Source: Desulfurococcaceae archaeon (GTDB lineage Archaea; Thermoproteota; Thermoprotei_A; Sulfolobales; Desulfurococcaceae). Taken from it: DNA of 64,000 nt. The notes below the pieces were generated by a model. The model had not been told where the DNA came from and made no database searches. It worked only from the letters and a program-made list of their open reading frames with translations. How positions within the stretch are numbered: position 1 is the first letter of the stretch; every line of letters starts with the position of its first letter. The stretch is taken from NCBI GenBank assembly GCA_038824035.1, contig JAWBBW010000001.1:14187-78186 (forward strand), given 5' to 3'. Of the stretch, positions 63,806-64,000 are shown in pieces. The position numbers were made by a program, and so were the translations under genes.

Positions 63806-64000
63806 ATGCAGAGATTTGTATTCGGCATAGAGGATCTCGACAAGTTATTGGGAACAGCACTGGTTGAAAACACATTGATGGTCATAGCCGGGCATCCAGG
63901 TTCTGGGAAAACCTCGTTGGCATCTACTATTTGCTACAACAATGCGTTGATGGGTGTAAAATGCCTTTACATATCCTCACAGGAGGATCGGGACAAGCTA
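63806..64000 (+). CDS. KaiC/RadA-like RecA-superfamily ATPase, N-terminal part (3' end lies outside the window)
   Basis: My own translation gives MQRFVFGIEDLDKLLGTALVENTLMVIAGHPGSGKTSLASTICYNN..., with Walker A GHPGSGKTS. Open to the window edge and absent from the ORF track. Confidence 0.7.
   Translation, partial: MQRFVFGIEDLDKLLGTALVENTLMVIAGHPGSGKTSLASTICYNNALMGVKCLYISSQEDRDKL

Overview
Gene-dense chromosomal segment (about 90% coding, GC low-to-mid 40s % by eye) that looks like a hyperthermophilic crenarchaeon, possibly Thermoproteales-like; the taxon is an inference from gene content, not a database hit. I support about 58 protein genes. Translation and tRNA modification: LeuRS, class I LysRS, IleRS, ProRS, Taw1, a Dph6-like PP-loop ATPase. 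Central metabolism: PEP synthase, bifunctional PGI/PMI, dispersed acyl-CoA carboxylase subunits (pccB, BCCP, accC), a SpeA-type arginine decarboxylase, an Asp-ligated ferredoxin, PDO. DNA repair genes are unusually concentrated. There is a tightly coupled mre11-nurA-herA-rad50 operon, a convergent hjc/PINA pair, a XerA-like recombinase, and a second NurA-HerA pair. That second pair is divergent from a compact DHH / HDAC-like / CYTH / Cas4-like operon and a KaiC-like ATPase. RNA genes missing from the ORF track: one tRNA-Pro(UGG) and four box C/D sRNA candidates found by reading intergenic DNA on both strands. Two of the sRNAs end exactly 3 nt before the start codon of the downstream gene. There are also weaker structured-RNA candidates. 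I saw no CRISPR array, rRNA or recognisable IS/transposon. Several ORF-track N-termini are over-extended, and I give shorter starts where a conserved N-terminus supports them. Many starts are GTG/TTG and remain uncertain. The best candidate for an undescribed system is the 56.9-64 kb NurA2-HerA2 / DHH-HDAC-CYTH-Cas4 locus. Secondary candidates are the tandem-ParB/Srx + wHTH pair and the orphan hypD coupled to a CX7CX2C radical SAM gene.
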